Source: Planctopirus limnophila DSM 3776 (GTDB taxonomy: Bacteria; Planctomycetota; Planctomycetia; Planctomycetales; Planctomycetaceae). From it: DNA of 32,000 bases. A program made the position numbers and the translations under genes. Under the pieces are notes generated by a model. That model was not told the DNA's origin, did not search any database, and was given only the letters and a program-made list of their open reading frames with translations. The DNA lies in assembly GCF_000092105.1 (NCBI RefSeq), contig NC_014148.1:600001-632000 (forward strand), given 5' to 3'. Positions 10,821 through 19,989 of the stretch are shown here, one piece after another (within the stretch, counting starts at the first letter, position 1; each line of letters starts with the position of its first letter).

Positions 10821-11189
10821 ATGATTCAAATGCAGACTATGCTGGATGTTGCTGACAACACCGGTGCAAAAACTGCGCGCTGCATTAAGGTTCTAGGCAG
10901 CTCACGGAAGCGAACTGCGACCTTAGGTGATGTGATTGTCCTGGCGGTTCAGAAGGCATTGCCAGGATCCTCGGTTAAGTCCGGCAGTGTCGTTAAGGGC
11001 GTGGTGGTAAGGGTTCGCCAGCCATCCCGTCGTGTTGACGGCAGTTATGTCCGTTTTGATTCAAATGCTGTCGTGATTGTCGATAATGATGGAAATCCTA
11101 AGGGATCACGCATTTTTGGTGCCGTGGCCCGTGAGCTTCGTGAGAAGCGATATATGAAGATTATCAGTCTTGCGTCGGAGGTGGTTTAA
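10821..11189 (+). CDS. rplN: 50S ribosomal protein L14
   Basis: 122 aa, [17 protein letters not shown]...[23 protein letters not shown]. Confidence 0.96.
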   Translation: MIQMQTMLDVADNTGAKTARCIKVLGSSRKRTATLGDVIVLAVQKALPGSSVKSGSVVKGVVVRVRQPSRRVDGSYVRFDSNAVVIVDNDGNPKGSRIFGAVARELREKRYMKIISLASEVV

Positions 11190-11190
11190 C

Positions 11191-11547
11191 ATGCGAATTC
11201 GCAAGGGTGACATGGTTGTTGTTCTGACGGGTGATGACGCGAGCGCGACACCTCGCAAGGTGTTGTCTGTCGTCCAGTCGGGTGACAAAGTGGTTGTTGA
11301 GGGTGTTAATCGTGTTTTCAAGCACGTACGACGTGGGCATCCCAAGAGCCAGCAGGGCGGTCGTTTATCGCGTGAGATGCCAGTTTCATCTTCCAATGTG
11401 GCTTACTATTGCAGTGCATGTGGCAAGCCAACTCGGATTGGGATGCGATTACTGGCAGACGGACGCAAAGAGCGTTTCTGCAAAAAGTGTGATGCGTCGA
11501 TTGGTGTAATCAGTCCTGCTCCAAAAAGTGCATCGGTTCCTGGTTAA
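11191..11547 (+). CDS. rplX: 50S ribosomal protein L24 (with a Cys4 motif in the C-terminal half)
   Basis: The ATG at 11191 (MRIRKGDMVVVLTGDD, KOW motif) lies 2 nt after the rplN stop. The C-terminal part contains CSAC...(18 aa)...CKKC. Confidence 0.92.
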   Translation: MRIRKGDMVVVLTGDDASATPRKVLSVVQSGDKVVVEGVNRVFKHVRRGHPKSQQGGRLSREMPVSSSNVAYYCSACGKPTRIGMRLLADGRKERFCKKCDASIGVISPAPKSASVPG

Positions 11548-11610
11548 TTGAAACTGGTACGTTTGAATCTGCTGTGGCAGTGATGTTTGTGTGGAAGGTA
11601 GGCTAGTTTC

Positions 11611-12153
11611 ATGGCACGGTTGATGGAACGGTATCGTTCTGAGATTCTTCCCTCTCTCAAGTCAGAGTTGGGTCGTGAGAACGAACTGTCGTTGCCAAAA
11701 TTAACCAAAGTCGTTGTCAGCATGGGCTTGGGTAAGGCCATTGGTGAACGAAAGCGACTGGAAGAGGCTGCTCAGCACCTGGCATCGATTACTGGGCAAA
11801 AGCCGTTGATCACGAAATCTCGGAAAGCTGTTTCAGGTTTCCGCCTTCGTGAAGGGATGGAAATTGGTTGTATGGTGACGTTGCGCGGTCGCCGGATGTA
11901 TGAGTTTCTTGACCGTTTGATTTCTCTGGCTCTCCCCAGAGTGCGTGACTTTCGTGGTGTGAATCCTAATGGATTCGATGGCCACGGAAATTACAGCATG
12001 GGTCTTACGGAACAGCTTGTGTTTCCTGAGGTCAATCCGGATAAGGTGAACTTCGTCCAGGGGATGAACATTACCATGGTCACCACCGCCCGTAATAATG
12101 ATGAAGGAAGGCTCCTGCTGAAAAAGCTGGGTATTCCTTTCCGTAAAGATTAG
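11611..12153 (+). CDS. rplE: 50S ribosomal protein L5
   Basis: 180 aa, LPKLTKVVVSMGLGKA...RDFRG....FDG.GNYSMGL.EQLVFPE. Confidence 0.95.
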   Translation: MARLMERYRSEILPSLKSELGRENELSLPKLTKVVVSMGLGKAIGERKRLEEAAQHLASITGQKPLITKSRKAVSGFRLREGMEIGCMVTLRGRRMYEFLDRLISLALPRVRDFRGVNPNGFDGHGNYSMGLTEQLVFPEVNPDKVNFVQGMNITMVTTARNNDEGRLLLKKLGIPFRKD

Positions 12154-12202
12154 GTTTGAAGAGTCGTACTGCTTAGCTCCTTAAGTTGACCGAGATTGGA
12201 AT

Positions 12203-12388
12203 ATGGCCACATCAGCACACGTTGCGAAGGCAAAGCGAACCCCTAAGTTCTCGACGCGAAGTGAAAATCGCTGTCAGCTTTGTGGTCGTCCCCGAGCAGT
12301 TTATCGTAAGTTCAAGATCTGCCGTATTTGTTTCCGAAATCTGGCACTCGATGGTTTGATTCCCGGCTGCAAAAAAGCGAGCTGGTAA
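12203..12388 (+). CDS. rpsN: 30S ribosomal protein S14, short zinc-binding (type Z) form
   Basis: 61 aa, [22 protein letters not shown] with a CxxC...CxxC motif; spc-operon position. Confidence 0.94.
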   Translation: MATSAHVAKAKRTPKFSTRSENRCQLCGRPRAVYRKFKICRICFRNLALDGLIPGCKKASW

Positions 12389-12424
12389 GTTCTTTGTCTG
12401 GAAGCTGTTAAGGTTTCTTCTGCT

Positions 12425-12820
12425 ATGATGACCGATCCTGTGGCTGACATGTTGACTCGAATTCGCAATGCCGTAGCTTGCGAGCGCCCTTTCGTGGATA
12501 TTCCTTATTCACGCGAAAAGGCTGCTATCGCTGCTGTGTTGCAGCGCGAGGGGTACGTTTGGGAGTCGGAAGTCATCGAAGGGCAGCCCCGTTCTACATT
12601 AAGGATCAGTCTGAAGTACGGTCCAAGTGGTGAGCGGGTTGTTCAGCAGATCAAGCGGATCAGCAAGCCGGGTTGTCGAGTCTACGCGGGTGTTGACGAT
12701 CTTCCCAATGTTCTCCAGGGCTTGGGGATTGCGATTGTCTCCACCAGCAAGGGTGTGCTGAGTAATCGAGAAGCACGCAAGCAGCGACTTGGTGGTGAGG
12801 TTATTTGCACTGTCTGGTAG
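12425..12820 (+). CDS. rpsH: 30S ribosomal protein S8
   Basis: 131 aa, [16 protein letters not shown]...GGEVICTVW. Confidence 0.96.
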   Translation: MMTDPVADMLTRIRNAVACERPFVDIPYSREKAAIAAVLQREGYVWESEVIEGQPRSTLRISLKYGPSGERVVQQIKRISKPGCRVYAGVDDLPNVLQGLGIAIVSTSKGVLSNREARKQRLGGEVICTVW

Positions 12821-12907
12821 TCTGTAACTTCACGCCTTTTGCTGTTTTTGTGTCTGTCGTTATTGAGAGAATTTTCCGGCCGCTATGGTTGGGACTCAGG
12901 GTGTAAT

Positions 12908-13444
12908 ATGTCTCGTATCGGTAAAAAACCAGTTGCTATTCCCGCTGGAGTTACAGTCCAGGTCGCGGGGGATAAGCTCTCAGTCAAGGGGAAGGTAGGC
13001 GAACTTTCGCTCACCGTTCATCCGAAGATCACTGTCCGCGTAGACGCAGGTCAAGTTCTCGTCGAGCGTCCCGATGATACTCGCGAGAGTCGGGCACTCC
13101 ATGGTCTGACGAGAGCTCTTGTGAACAACATGGTTGTGGGCGTCGATAAGCCCTGGGAAAAGAAACTGGAGATTCAGGGTGTGGGTTACCAGGCTGCACT
13201 GGCTGGAAAGACTCTGACACTTCAGGTCGGTTTTGCCAATGCGATCAAGTTGGATGTTCCTACGGGGGTGTCTTGCGTTCTGGCTGATCCCACTCATATT
13301 ACTGTGAGTGGTGCTGATCGGCAGGCCGTAGGGCAGTTTGCAGCTAATATTCGACGAGTCAGGCCACCTGAGCCTTACAAAGGTAAAGGCGTTCGATACT
13401 CCGACGAGCGAGTTCGCCGCAAGAGCGGCAAGGCCATGAGTTAG
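12908..13444 (+). CDS. rplF: 50S ribosomal protein L6
   Basis: The ORF opens at 12839, but the ATG at 12908 (MSRIGKKPVAIPAGV) is the canonical L6 start. PEPYKGKGVRY lies near the C-terminus. Confidence 0.94.
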   Translation: MSRIGKKPVAIPAGVTVQVAGDKLSVKGKVGELSLTVHPKITVRVDAGQVLVERPDDTRESRALHGLTRALVNNMVVGVDKPWEKKLEIQGVGYQAALAGKTLTLQVGFANAIKLDVPTGVSCVLADPTHITVSGADRQAVGQFAANIRRVRPPEPYKGKGVRYSDERVRRKSGKAMS

Positions 13445-13518
13445 TATTTTCTGGGCCTGTGTGTTACAACAGATTGCTTCTTTGTTGATTTTGTATCTGT
13501 CTGAAAAGTGAGTTTGTT

Positions 13519-13881
13519 ATGAAGCTGATCAAGAGAGCTGCCAAGCAAAAGGAGCGACGTGGATTCCGCGTGCAGAATCGTGTGCGGTCTTCAGGGCGTC
13601 TCCGGTTGACGGTTTTTCGCAGCAACAAACATATTTACGCTCAGATCGTAGACGATGTGGCAGGCCAGACGCTTGTCTCTGCTTCGACAGTGGAGAAGTC
13701 AGTTCTGCCTGAGGGGCATGGCAGCGACTGCGCTGCTGCGGCCGCCGTGGGAAAGGCTCTCGCGTCACGTGCTAAGGAAAAAGGCATTGTTGAGATTGCC
13801 TTCGACCGCGGCAGCTATCGTTACCATGGTCGTCTGGCGGCATTGGCAGATGCGGCACGTGAAGCTGGACTCTCCTTTTAG
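13519..13881 (+). CDS. rplR: 50S ribosomal protein L18
   Basis: 120 aa, [18 protein letters not shown]...[22 protein letters not shown]. Confidence 0.95.
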   Translation: MKLIKRAAKQKERRGFRVQNRVRSSGRLRLTVFRSNKHIYAQIVDDVAGQTLVSASTVEKSVLPEGHGSDCAAAAAVGKALASRAKEKGIVEIAFDRGSYRYHGRLAALADAAREAGLSF

Positions 13882-13968
13882 TCTGTTGAGTCTTGTGTCG
13901 TGTGACATCTTCTGTTTGTTGCTTTAAGTCTCAGTGCTCTGGTGAGTTGATCAGTCGGAGAAATAGGT

Positions 13969-14448
13969 GTGAGCTCGGAAAATCAGAATTCATCTCCAGA
14001 GCGAGTTGTCCAGATTCGTCGCTGCTCTTGCGTGGTTAAGGGTGGACGGCGTTTCAGCTTCACCGCACTCGTCGTTGTGGGCGATGGGAATGGTCGTATC
14101 GGTTACGGTTACGGTAAAGCCGTTGAAGTTCCTCTGGCAGTTGAAAAGGCTGTCAAGCAGGCCAACAAGCGTATGGTGCGAGTCCCTCTGGTTGATGGAA
14201 CAATTCCTCACCAGGTGATTGGCAACTATGGAACAAGTCAGGTGATGTTCATGCCGGCCAACCCTGGTACCGGGATCATTGCTGGTTCGAGTTTGCGGGC
14301 GATTGCTGAGTCACTGGGTATGAGAGATATTCTGACGAAGGTCAGGGGCTCAAGTAATCCGCTGAATGCCGTCAAGGCCGCCTTCGCTGCTCTTGAGAAA
14401 TTGCGGACGCGAGAAGATGTCGCTCGTCTGCGGGGAGTGAAGATTTAA
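13969..14448 (+). CDS. rpsE: 30S ribosomal protein S5
   Basis: 159 aa with a GTG start, [34 protein letters not shown]. Confidence 0.95.
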   Translation: MSSENQNSSPERVVQIRRCSCVVKGGRRFSFTALVVVGDGNGRIGYGYGKAVEVPLAVEKAVKQANKRMVRVPLVDGTIPHQVIGNYGTSQVMFMPANPGTGIIAGSSLRAIAESLGMRDILTKVRGSSNPLNAVKAAFAALEKLRTREDVARLRGVKI

Positions 14449-14450
14449 TT

Positions 14451-14900
14451 ATGATGCTTCATGATGTGAACATCGGAATCAATGGCCACAAGACACGCAA
14501 GCGTGTCGGCCGAGGCCCTGGCTCGGGACATGGCAAGACCTCTGGTCGTGGCCATAAAGGTGCTGGCAGCCGCAGTGGAACCAAGCGTCGTCTGGGGTTC
14601 GAAGGTGGCCAGAAGCCATTGATGCGTCGAATCGCCAAGCGGGGCTTCAGCAATAATTTCTTCGCTCTGAAGATTGCGGAAGTGAATCTCTCTGCGATTG
14701 AGAAGGCTTTTGAAGTGGGTGAAGTCGTCACTCCCGAACAGCTTTCAGTTCGCGGATTGGCTAAGGGCCGCTTCGATCAAGTCAAGATTCTTGGCGATGG
14801 TGATCTGACAAAATCGCTATCAGTGACTGCACATCGGTTTTCTGCCTCAGCTGAGGAAAAGATTTTGGCTGCAGGTGGATCGACAGTTAAGTTGGTTTAG
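14451..14900 (+). CDS. rplO: 50S ribosomal protein L15
   Basis: 149 aa, [21 protein letters not shown]. It starts 2 nt after the rpsE stop, so no rpmD (L30) lies between them. Confidence 0.95.
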   Translation: MMLHDVNIGINGHKTRKRVGRGPGSGHGKTSGRGHKGAGSRSGTKRRLGFEGGQKPLMRRIAKRGFSNNFFALKIAEVNLSAIEKAFEVGEVVTPEQLSVRGLAKGRFDQVKILGDGDLTKSLSVTAHRFSASAEEKILAAGGSTVKLV

Positions 14901-15057
14901 TGCCGTTTTTCGTCGTCGGATTTCATCTGAGATTCTGTGATTTTCAGATTTCTGGCTACCAAATGTCACTTGTCTTAACTGTAGAGGCTCTGAAGTAGAC
15001 TCTGACGCGTGACTTGGAAACAGGGCACGCGTCGCATCATTGTATGGAATCGCTCAG

Positions 15058-16428
15058 ATGTTCTCACAACTCGCCATGATTTTTCGCATTCCTGAGTTGC
15101 GGCAGAAGATCCTGTTGACGCTCGTTTTGCTAGCCGTCTATCGCATGGGCGGCTTAATTCCTTTGCCATTTATCGATCAGATGAAACTGGCTGAGACGCT
15201 TCAGTCGCAAGGCAGCGACGGCATGGGGCGGGTGATGAGTATGATCTCCCTTTTCTCGGGTACGAGTATCGGGATGAGTACAATCTTCGGCCTGGGGATC
15301 ATGCCGTACATTTCGGCCTCGATCATATTTCAGCTGCTCGGTACGGTTTATCCACCTTTGGAAAAGCTCCAGAAGGAAGGTGAGGCCGGTCGCAAAAAGA
15401 TCAATGAGTACACTCGTATTGCGACAGTTTTTATCGCCTTCGGACAGAGTTTTTTCTGGATCAGACAACTTGCCGTTTCTGGCGGGATCATGGGAAATGA
15501 AGGAAGTCTTTTGATTGCCGCTTACAGTGGTGTCTTCTTCCAGTTGATCTGTACTTTGACGATGACTGCCGGAACGTTGCTCCTGATGTGGATTGGTGAG
15601 CAGATTGATGAGTATGGCATCGGCAACGGCATCAGTCTGATCATTATGGCTGGTATTCTGGCTCGTATGCCCCAAGCTGGCCAGGCATTGCTCGAACCCG
15701 CTTTTCAGAATGGCGTTAAGCTCGGCAGTCAGACCGGTATCGAAAAGTTTCTGCTCCTGGGAATTCTCTTCGTCGGCGTGATCGTTGGTGTCGTGGCGAT
15801 CACACAGGCTCAAAGAAAGATTCCTGTCCAGTCTGCGAAGCATGTGCGTGGGCGATCCGTGGCTGGTGGACAGCGGTCGTATCTCCCATTGAGGCTCAAT
15901 CAATCGGGTGTGATGCCGATTATCTTCGCATCGAGCCTTCTGCTCTTCCCGATGTTTTTGTTCCAGATTCTCTCTCAGTTTTTCCCGACCGTTGGTTTCT
16001 TCCGTCTGGCTGAGGCCACCATGCAGAACCACGGTGGATTTATCTACAACATTCTGTACATCGGTCTGATTTACTTTTTCTGTTACTTCTGGACCGCCAT
16101 TACATTCAACCCGAAAGACATGGCCAATAATCTGAAGGACTACGGCAGCTTTATCCCAGGCTACCGGCCTGGCGGGCGGACTGCAGCTTATCTGGAGGCT
16201 GTGATGGTTCGCGTGACATTTGTGGGTGCAGCGTTCCTGAGTCTGATTTCGATCATCCCGACTGTGATCTCGAATGCTCTGGGAATTGATCCACTGGTCG
16301 CGAGTTTCTATGGCGGAACAGGTTTGCTGATCTGTGTTTCAGTGGCGCTCGACCTGGTCCAGAAAATTGACAGTCACCTCGTGATGAGAAACTACCGCGG
16401 TCTTCTGGAGTCTGATAACGCTGCTTGA
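15058..16428 (+). CDS. secY: Preprotein translocase subunit SecY
   Basis: Polytopic membrane protein (about 456 aa from the ATG at 15058; the ORF opens at a TTG at 15040). SecY text is present (ELRQKILLTL..L.VYR.G..IP.P; GIMPYISASII.QLL; NEYTR; GGTGLLI.V.VALD). Confidence 0.94.
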   Translation: MFSQLAMIFRIPELRQKILLTLVLLAVYRMGGLIPLPFIDQMKLAETLQSQGSDGMGRVMSMISLFSGTSIGMSTIFGLGIMPYISASIIFQLLGTVYPPLEKLQKEGEAGRKKINEYTRIATVFIAFGQSFFWIRQLAVSGGIMGNEGSLLIAAYSGVFFQLICTLTMTAGTLLLMWIGEQIDEYGIGNGISLIIMAGILARMPQAGQALLEPAFQNGVKLGSQTGIEKFLLLGILFVGVIVGVVAITQAQRKIPVQSAKHVRGRSVAGGQRSYLPLRLNQSGVMPIIFASSLLLFPMFLFQILSQFFPTVGFFRLAEATMQNHGGFIYNILYIGLIYFFCYFWTAITFNPKDMANNLKDYGSFIPGYRPGGRTAAYLEAVMVRVTFVGAAFLSLISIIPTVISNALGIDPLVASFYGGTGLLICVSVALDLVQKIDSHLVMRNYRGLLESDNAA

Positions 16429-16599
16429 TTTGGCATGTGAGCACATGTTCACAGTTTCTGTTGTGCAGGCAGGAAATCAACTTTGATGCCGAACTTGCGG
16501 AATTGAGATTGACAAATTCCTGTATCGATTGCGAGTTGGGAATTTGAAAGATAGACTATGCCGCTTCCTCAATGGAAGTGGTCCTTGTGAAGGCAGATT

Positions 16600-16716
16600 A
16601 TGAAGGTCAGGACAAGCGTTAAGCGGATTTGTGAGCATTGCAAGATGGTGCAGAGGAAGGGTCGCGTCTACGTGATCTGTTCGATGAACCCTCGGCACAA
16701 GCAGCGCCAGGGTTAG
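16600..16716 (+). CDS. rpmJ: 50S ribosomal protein L36 (zinc-binding form)
   Basis: Not in the supplied ORF track because it is under 60 aa. Hand translation gives [38 protein letters not shown], canonical L36 with a CxxC...C...H motif. Confidence 0.93.
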   Translation: MKVRTSVKRICEHCKMVQRKGRVYVICSMNPRHKQRQG

Positions 16717-16867
16717 AACGTTTCTTGCGGAGCTTACAATGAAAGCGTCCGTAACTGATGTGTATGTCTAGTTTTTGATTGTCGCGATCGATTTTGCCAG
16801 TGACTGTCGGGGCTGGCTTGTGATTGCAATTCGTGCCGATTGTCACAGCTTGAGAGAGTAGCTCGTT

Positions 16868-17254
16868 ATGCCGCGTATTCAGGGGGTTGATATCCCCAAT
16901 GACAAACCGACTTACATTTCGCTGCAATACCTTTACGGTGTGGGTGATTTCCGCGCATTTGAGATTTGTTTCAAGCTGGAGATCGATCCTCAGCGGAAAG
17001 CTCGTGAGTTGAGCGATGACGAGCTGGCACGCATCTCGGCCATGCTTGATAAGGATTACCTCGTGGAGGGGTCGTTAAGGCGAAGTATTCAGCAGAATAT
17101 TTCGCGTTTGCGTGACATTCAGTCCTATCGCGGGTTGCGTCATCGTCGAGGCTTGCCTTGCCGAGGTCAACGAACTCGTACGAATGCTCGTACTCGTAAG
17201 GGCATTAAGAAGACGGTTGCCGGTAAGAAGGGCGTGAAGGATATGAAGCACTAA
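16868..17254 (+). CDS. rpsM: 30S ribosomal protein S13
   Basis: 128 aa, MPRIQGVDIPNDK....SLQYLYGVG...SYRGLRHRRGLP.RGQRT.TNART. Confidence 0.95.
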   Translation: MPRIQGVDIPNDKPTYISLQYLYGVGDFRAFEICFKLEIDPQRKARELSDDELARISAMLDKDYLVEGSLRRSIQQNISRLRDIQSYRGLRHRRGLPCRGQRTRTNARTRKGIKKTVAGKKGVKDMKH

Positions 17255-17355
17255 GCCGCCACGTGTGTGAGTGGTCTGTGCTTGTGTTCTGCAGTCTCGG
17301 TTTGGTTGCATTTCTGTTCGTTTTTTGATGGCGGTTGACGCCTGAGGGTTTGATA

Positions 17356-17736
17356 GTGGCAAAGACTAAGCGTCGTAAGATTCGTCGCAACGTGAACCGC
17401 GGTATTGCACATATCCGTGCGACTTTCAATAACACGACAGTGACTATCACTGACGCAAATGGTGATGTGCTCTGCTGGGCCACCGCTGGAACAGTGGGCT
17501 TCAAAGGGAGCCGTAAAAGTACTCCTTTCGCCGCTCAGCGTGCTGCTGAGACATGTGCCGAACGCGCTGCCAAGTTCGGTGTTCGAGAAATGGAAATCCG
17601 CGTTAAGGGGCCTGGTTCTGGCCGCGAGAGCGCTATCACCGGCCTTCAGGGTGCTGGTATCTCCATTCGCTCGATTGAAGATGTCACGCCACTGCCGCAC
17701 AACGGCTGTCGGCCACCGAAGAAGCGCCGCGTCTGA
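17356..17736 (+). CDS. rpsK: 30S ribosomal protein S11
   Basis: The ORF opens at a TTG at 17335. The GTG at 17356 ([29 protein letters not shown]) fits the S11 N-terminus. The start is uncertain. Confidence 0.93.
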   Translation: MAKTKRRKIRRNVNRGIAHIRATFNNTTVTITDANGDVLCWATAGTVGFKGSRKSTPFAAQRAAETCAERAAKFGVREMEIRVKGPGSGRESAITGLQGAGISIRSIEDVTPLPHNGCRPPKKRRV

Positions 17737-17865
17737 TTTACGTGCCGGCTGGTCAAGCACTTTCTGATCGGTGATTTGTTGAAACTATGTAGTCTGCCGT
17801 CTTTCTACGAGATTGACCTGACGTACACGTTAAGTTTGAGTCCTGTGGCTTTTGGAGATTGACAG

Positions 17866-18876
17866 ATGCGGATTCGCTGGCGTGGACTGGAATTGCCGAG
17901 CCGGGTTGTTCCTGAGCGCGAGACATTGAGTTCGACTTACGGCAAGTTTACAGTTGAACCGTTCGAACGTGGTTTCGGTTCAACGATCGGTAACAGCTTG
18001 CGTCGGATTCTGCTTTCCAGTCTGGAAGGTAGCTCTGTGACTTCGGTCAAGATTCAAGGTGTCCAGCATGAATTCACGACGATCCCGGGGATTGTCGAGG
18101 ATGTGACTGAGATCGTTCTGAATCTGAAGGCGATCATCGTCAAGAATCACAGTCCTTCGACCAAAACTCTGCGAATTGAGAAGACCTCGCGTGGAGTTGT
18201 TACTGCTGGCGATATCATCACCGATGATCAGGTGGAAATCCTGAATCGTGATCTCGTGATCGCCACGATGACTGATGACGTGCCCCTGTATCTGGAAATG
18301 ACCGTTGAGAATGGCCGTGGTTATATTCCTGCGGCTGATCATCATGGTCCGGAACAAGAGCTGGGAGTTATTCCCCTCGATGCGATTTTCTCACCTGTGG
18401 TTCGTGTCCGTTATCTGATCGAGGAGACTCGAGTTGGTCAGCGGACGAACTACGACCGCCTGATCCTCGAAATCTGGACCAACGGTACAGTCACTCCTGA
18501 ATCTGCACTCGTGGAGTCTGCCAAGATTCTGCGCAAGCATCTCAATCCGTTTATTACCTACCGCGAGCCAGGTCCGGAAATGTTCCCGGAAGGTGGACTC
18601 CGGAATATGCTCGAAGCTACGGGATATGCTCCTGTGGATCTTGAGTTGGAAGAGAAGCTGGGCCAGAGTCTGGCTGAGCTGAATCTTTCTGTGCGTGCGA
18701 CGAACTGTCTGGAATCTGAAGGAATTAACTTCGTTCGAGACCTTGTGACGCGAACGGAAGATCAACTTCTGCAGGTGCGAAATTTCGGTGAGACAACCCT
18801 TACGGAAGTTCGCGAGCGTCTGGGATTGATTGGCTTGCGGTTGGGTATGAAGTTGCCTAACTCGGCACGTGTTTAG
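17866..18876 (+). CDS. rpoA: DNA-directed RNA polymerase subunit alpha
   Basis: 336 aa, [17 protein letters not shown]...; the C-terminal domain has [14 protein letters not shown]...E..LL.VRNFGE. Confidence 0.96.
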   Translation: MRIRWRGLELPSRVVPERETLSSTYGKFTVEPFERGFGSTIGNSLRRILLSSLEGSSVTSVKIQGVQHEFTTIPGIVEDVTEIVLNLKAIIVKNHSPSTKTLRIEKTSRGVVTAGDIITDDQVEILNRDLVIATMTDDVPLYLEMTVENGRGYIPAADHHGPEQELGVIPLDAIFSPVVRVRYLIEETRVGQRTNYDRLILEIWTNGTVTPESALVESAKILRKHLNPFITYREPGPEMFPEGGLRNMLEATGYAPVDLELEEKLGQSLAELNLSVRATNCLESEGINFVRDLVTRTEDQLLQVRNFGETTLTEVRERLGLIGLRLGMKLPNSARV

Positions 18877-18965
18877 TTTAGCTGTTTACCTGCCTTCAGG
18901 CAGTGAGTTTTGTTCGACATTACTGGATTGCCGGGCTCTGCCCGTGAGAGACATTAGGATTTATC

Positions 18966-19583
18966 ATGCGACATAAAGTTGCCGGGCGCCAGCTCGGGCG
19001 CAATGCATCACATCGTCATGCCATGTTTCGGAACATGTCAGTCAGTTTGATTTTGACAGTTCGTTCCGAAAAGAAGGACGGCGAAGCGAAAGTCCCAGGT
19101 CGGATTGTGACAACTCTTGAGAAGGCGAAAGAGTTGCGTCCTCATCTGGAGAAGCTGATCACGCTGGCTAAGCGAGCTCAGGAGGCTGAAAAGGCCGCCG
19201 CTCCGTTTGCTACCGCTGCTGAGAGAAACTCCGAAGAGTGGCGAGCCTGGCGTAAGTCAGACCAGTGGCAGAAGTGGTCGAACGCTATTGCTCCCGCCGT
19301 TGCACTTCGTCGCAGGGCCTTCGCTGCTCTGCGTGATAAAGTGGCTTTAGAGATTCTGTTCGATGATCTCGGGCCTCGATTCGCCGATCGTCCGGGTGGA
19401 TATCTCCGGATTGTTCGACTTGCTGAATTCCGTCTGGGCGATGCCGGGAGGCGTGCACTGATCGAATTCGTCGGTGAGAATGATCGCCTCAAACGACAGA
19501 GACGCGCAGCTCCAGTGGTCAGGCAAGAGGCACCGCCAGCTGAAGTAACTTCTCCTGAAGCTCCCGCTGCTGATCCCGTCTAG
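18966..19583 (+). CDS. rplQ: 50S ribosomal protein L17 (extended, 205 aa)
   Basis: The N-terminus [24 protein letters not shown] and the GGYLRIV core are canonical L17. An internal insertion of about 50 aa and a Pro/Ala-rich C-terminal tail lengthen it. Confidence 0.93.
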   Translation: MRHKVAGRQLGRNASHRHAMFRNMSVSLILTVRSEKKDGEAKVPGRIVTTLEKAKELRPHLEKLITLAKRAQEAEKAAAPFATAAERNSEEWRAWRKSDQWQKWSNAIAPAVALRRRAFAALRDKVALEILFDDLGPRFADRPGGYLRIVRLAEFRLGDAGRRALIEFVGENDRLKRQRRAAPVVRQEAPPAEVTSPEAPAADPV

Positions 19584-19612
19584 GCTGGATGAGTTTTTCG
19601 ATGAGATACCTT

Positions 19613-19651
19613 GAAGACCTTGGCACTGTTGCCAAGGTCTTCTTGTTTTAT
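19613..19651 (+). terminator. Rho-independent terminator after rplQ
   Basis: 13-bp perfect stem GAAGACCTTGGCA / TGCCAAGGTCTTC, loop CTGT, followed by TTGTTTTAT. Confidence 0.8.
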
Positions 19652-19989
19652 CGGTTGTATCGAGAGTCGGGGCATTTCTGGATGTGCTGATCAATGATGA
19701 CGACTATAGAAGTTGCCAGAAGGTGAATTGACCAGGCAATTGTTGAGCTGCCGTTGTGAACTGATCTAGTGCGGGTCCCGGAAAGCAGCTACGCGTTGTT
19801 GATTGGGAAAGCATGCTTGCCCAGAACTGCAAGCATGGCACACTGAACGCGTTTTTTGATGGATAGTGTATAGGTTTCATCTTTGAGTCGCTTCGGAACC
19901 TTTTGTTGTGTTCAAAGGGATCGAGCAGCCCGGTTTGCGGGAGTGTTGACAGTTCAGTCATCTAGTTTGAGTGGGTGCTATGATCTGAT

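Noticed and set aside
19704-19961. 85-aa ORF on the - strand in the rplQ / HEAT-protein intergenic region
   Set aside because: No motif or start context. It lies between a terminator and the next gene's upstream region, and is more likely promoter or leader sequence.
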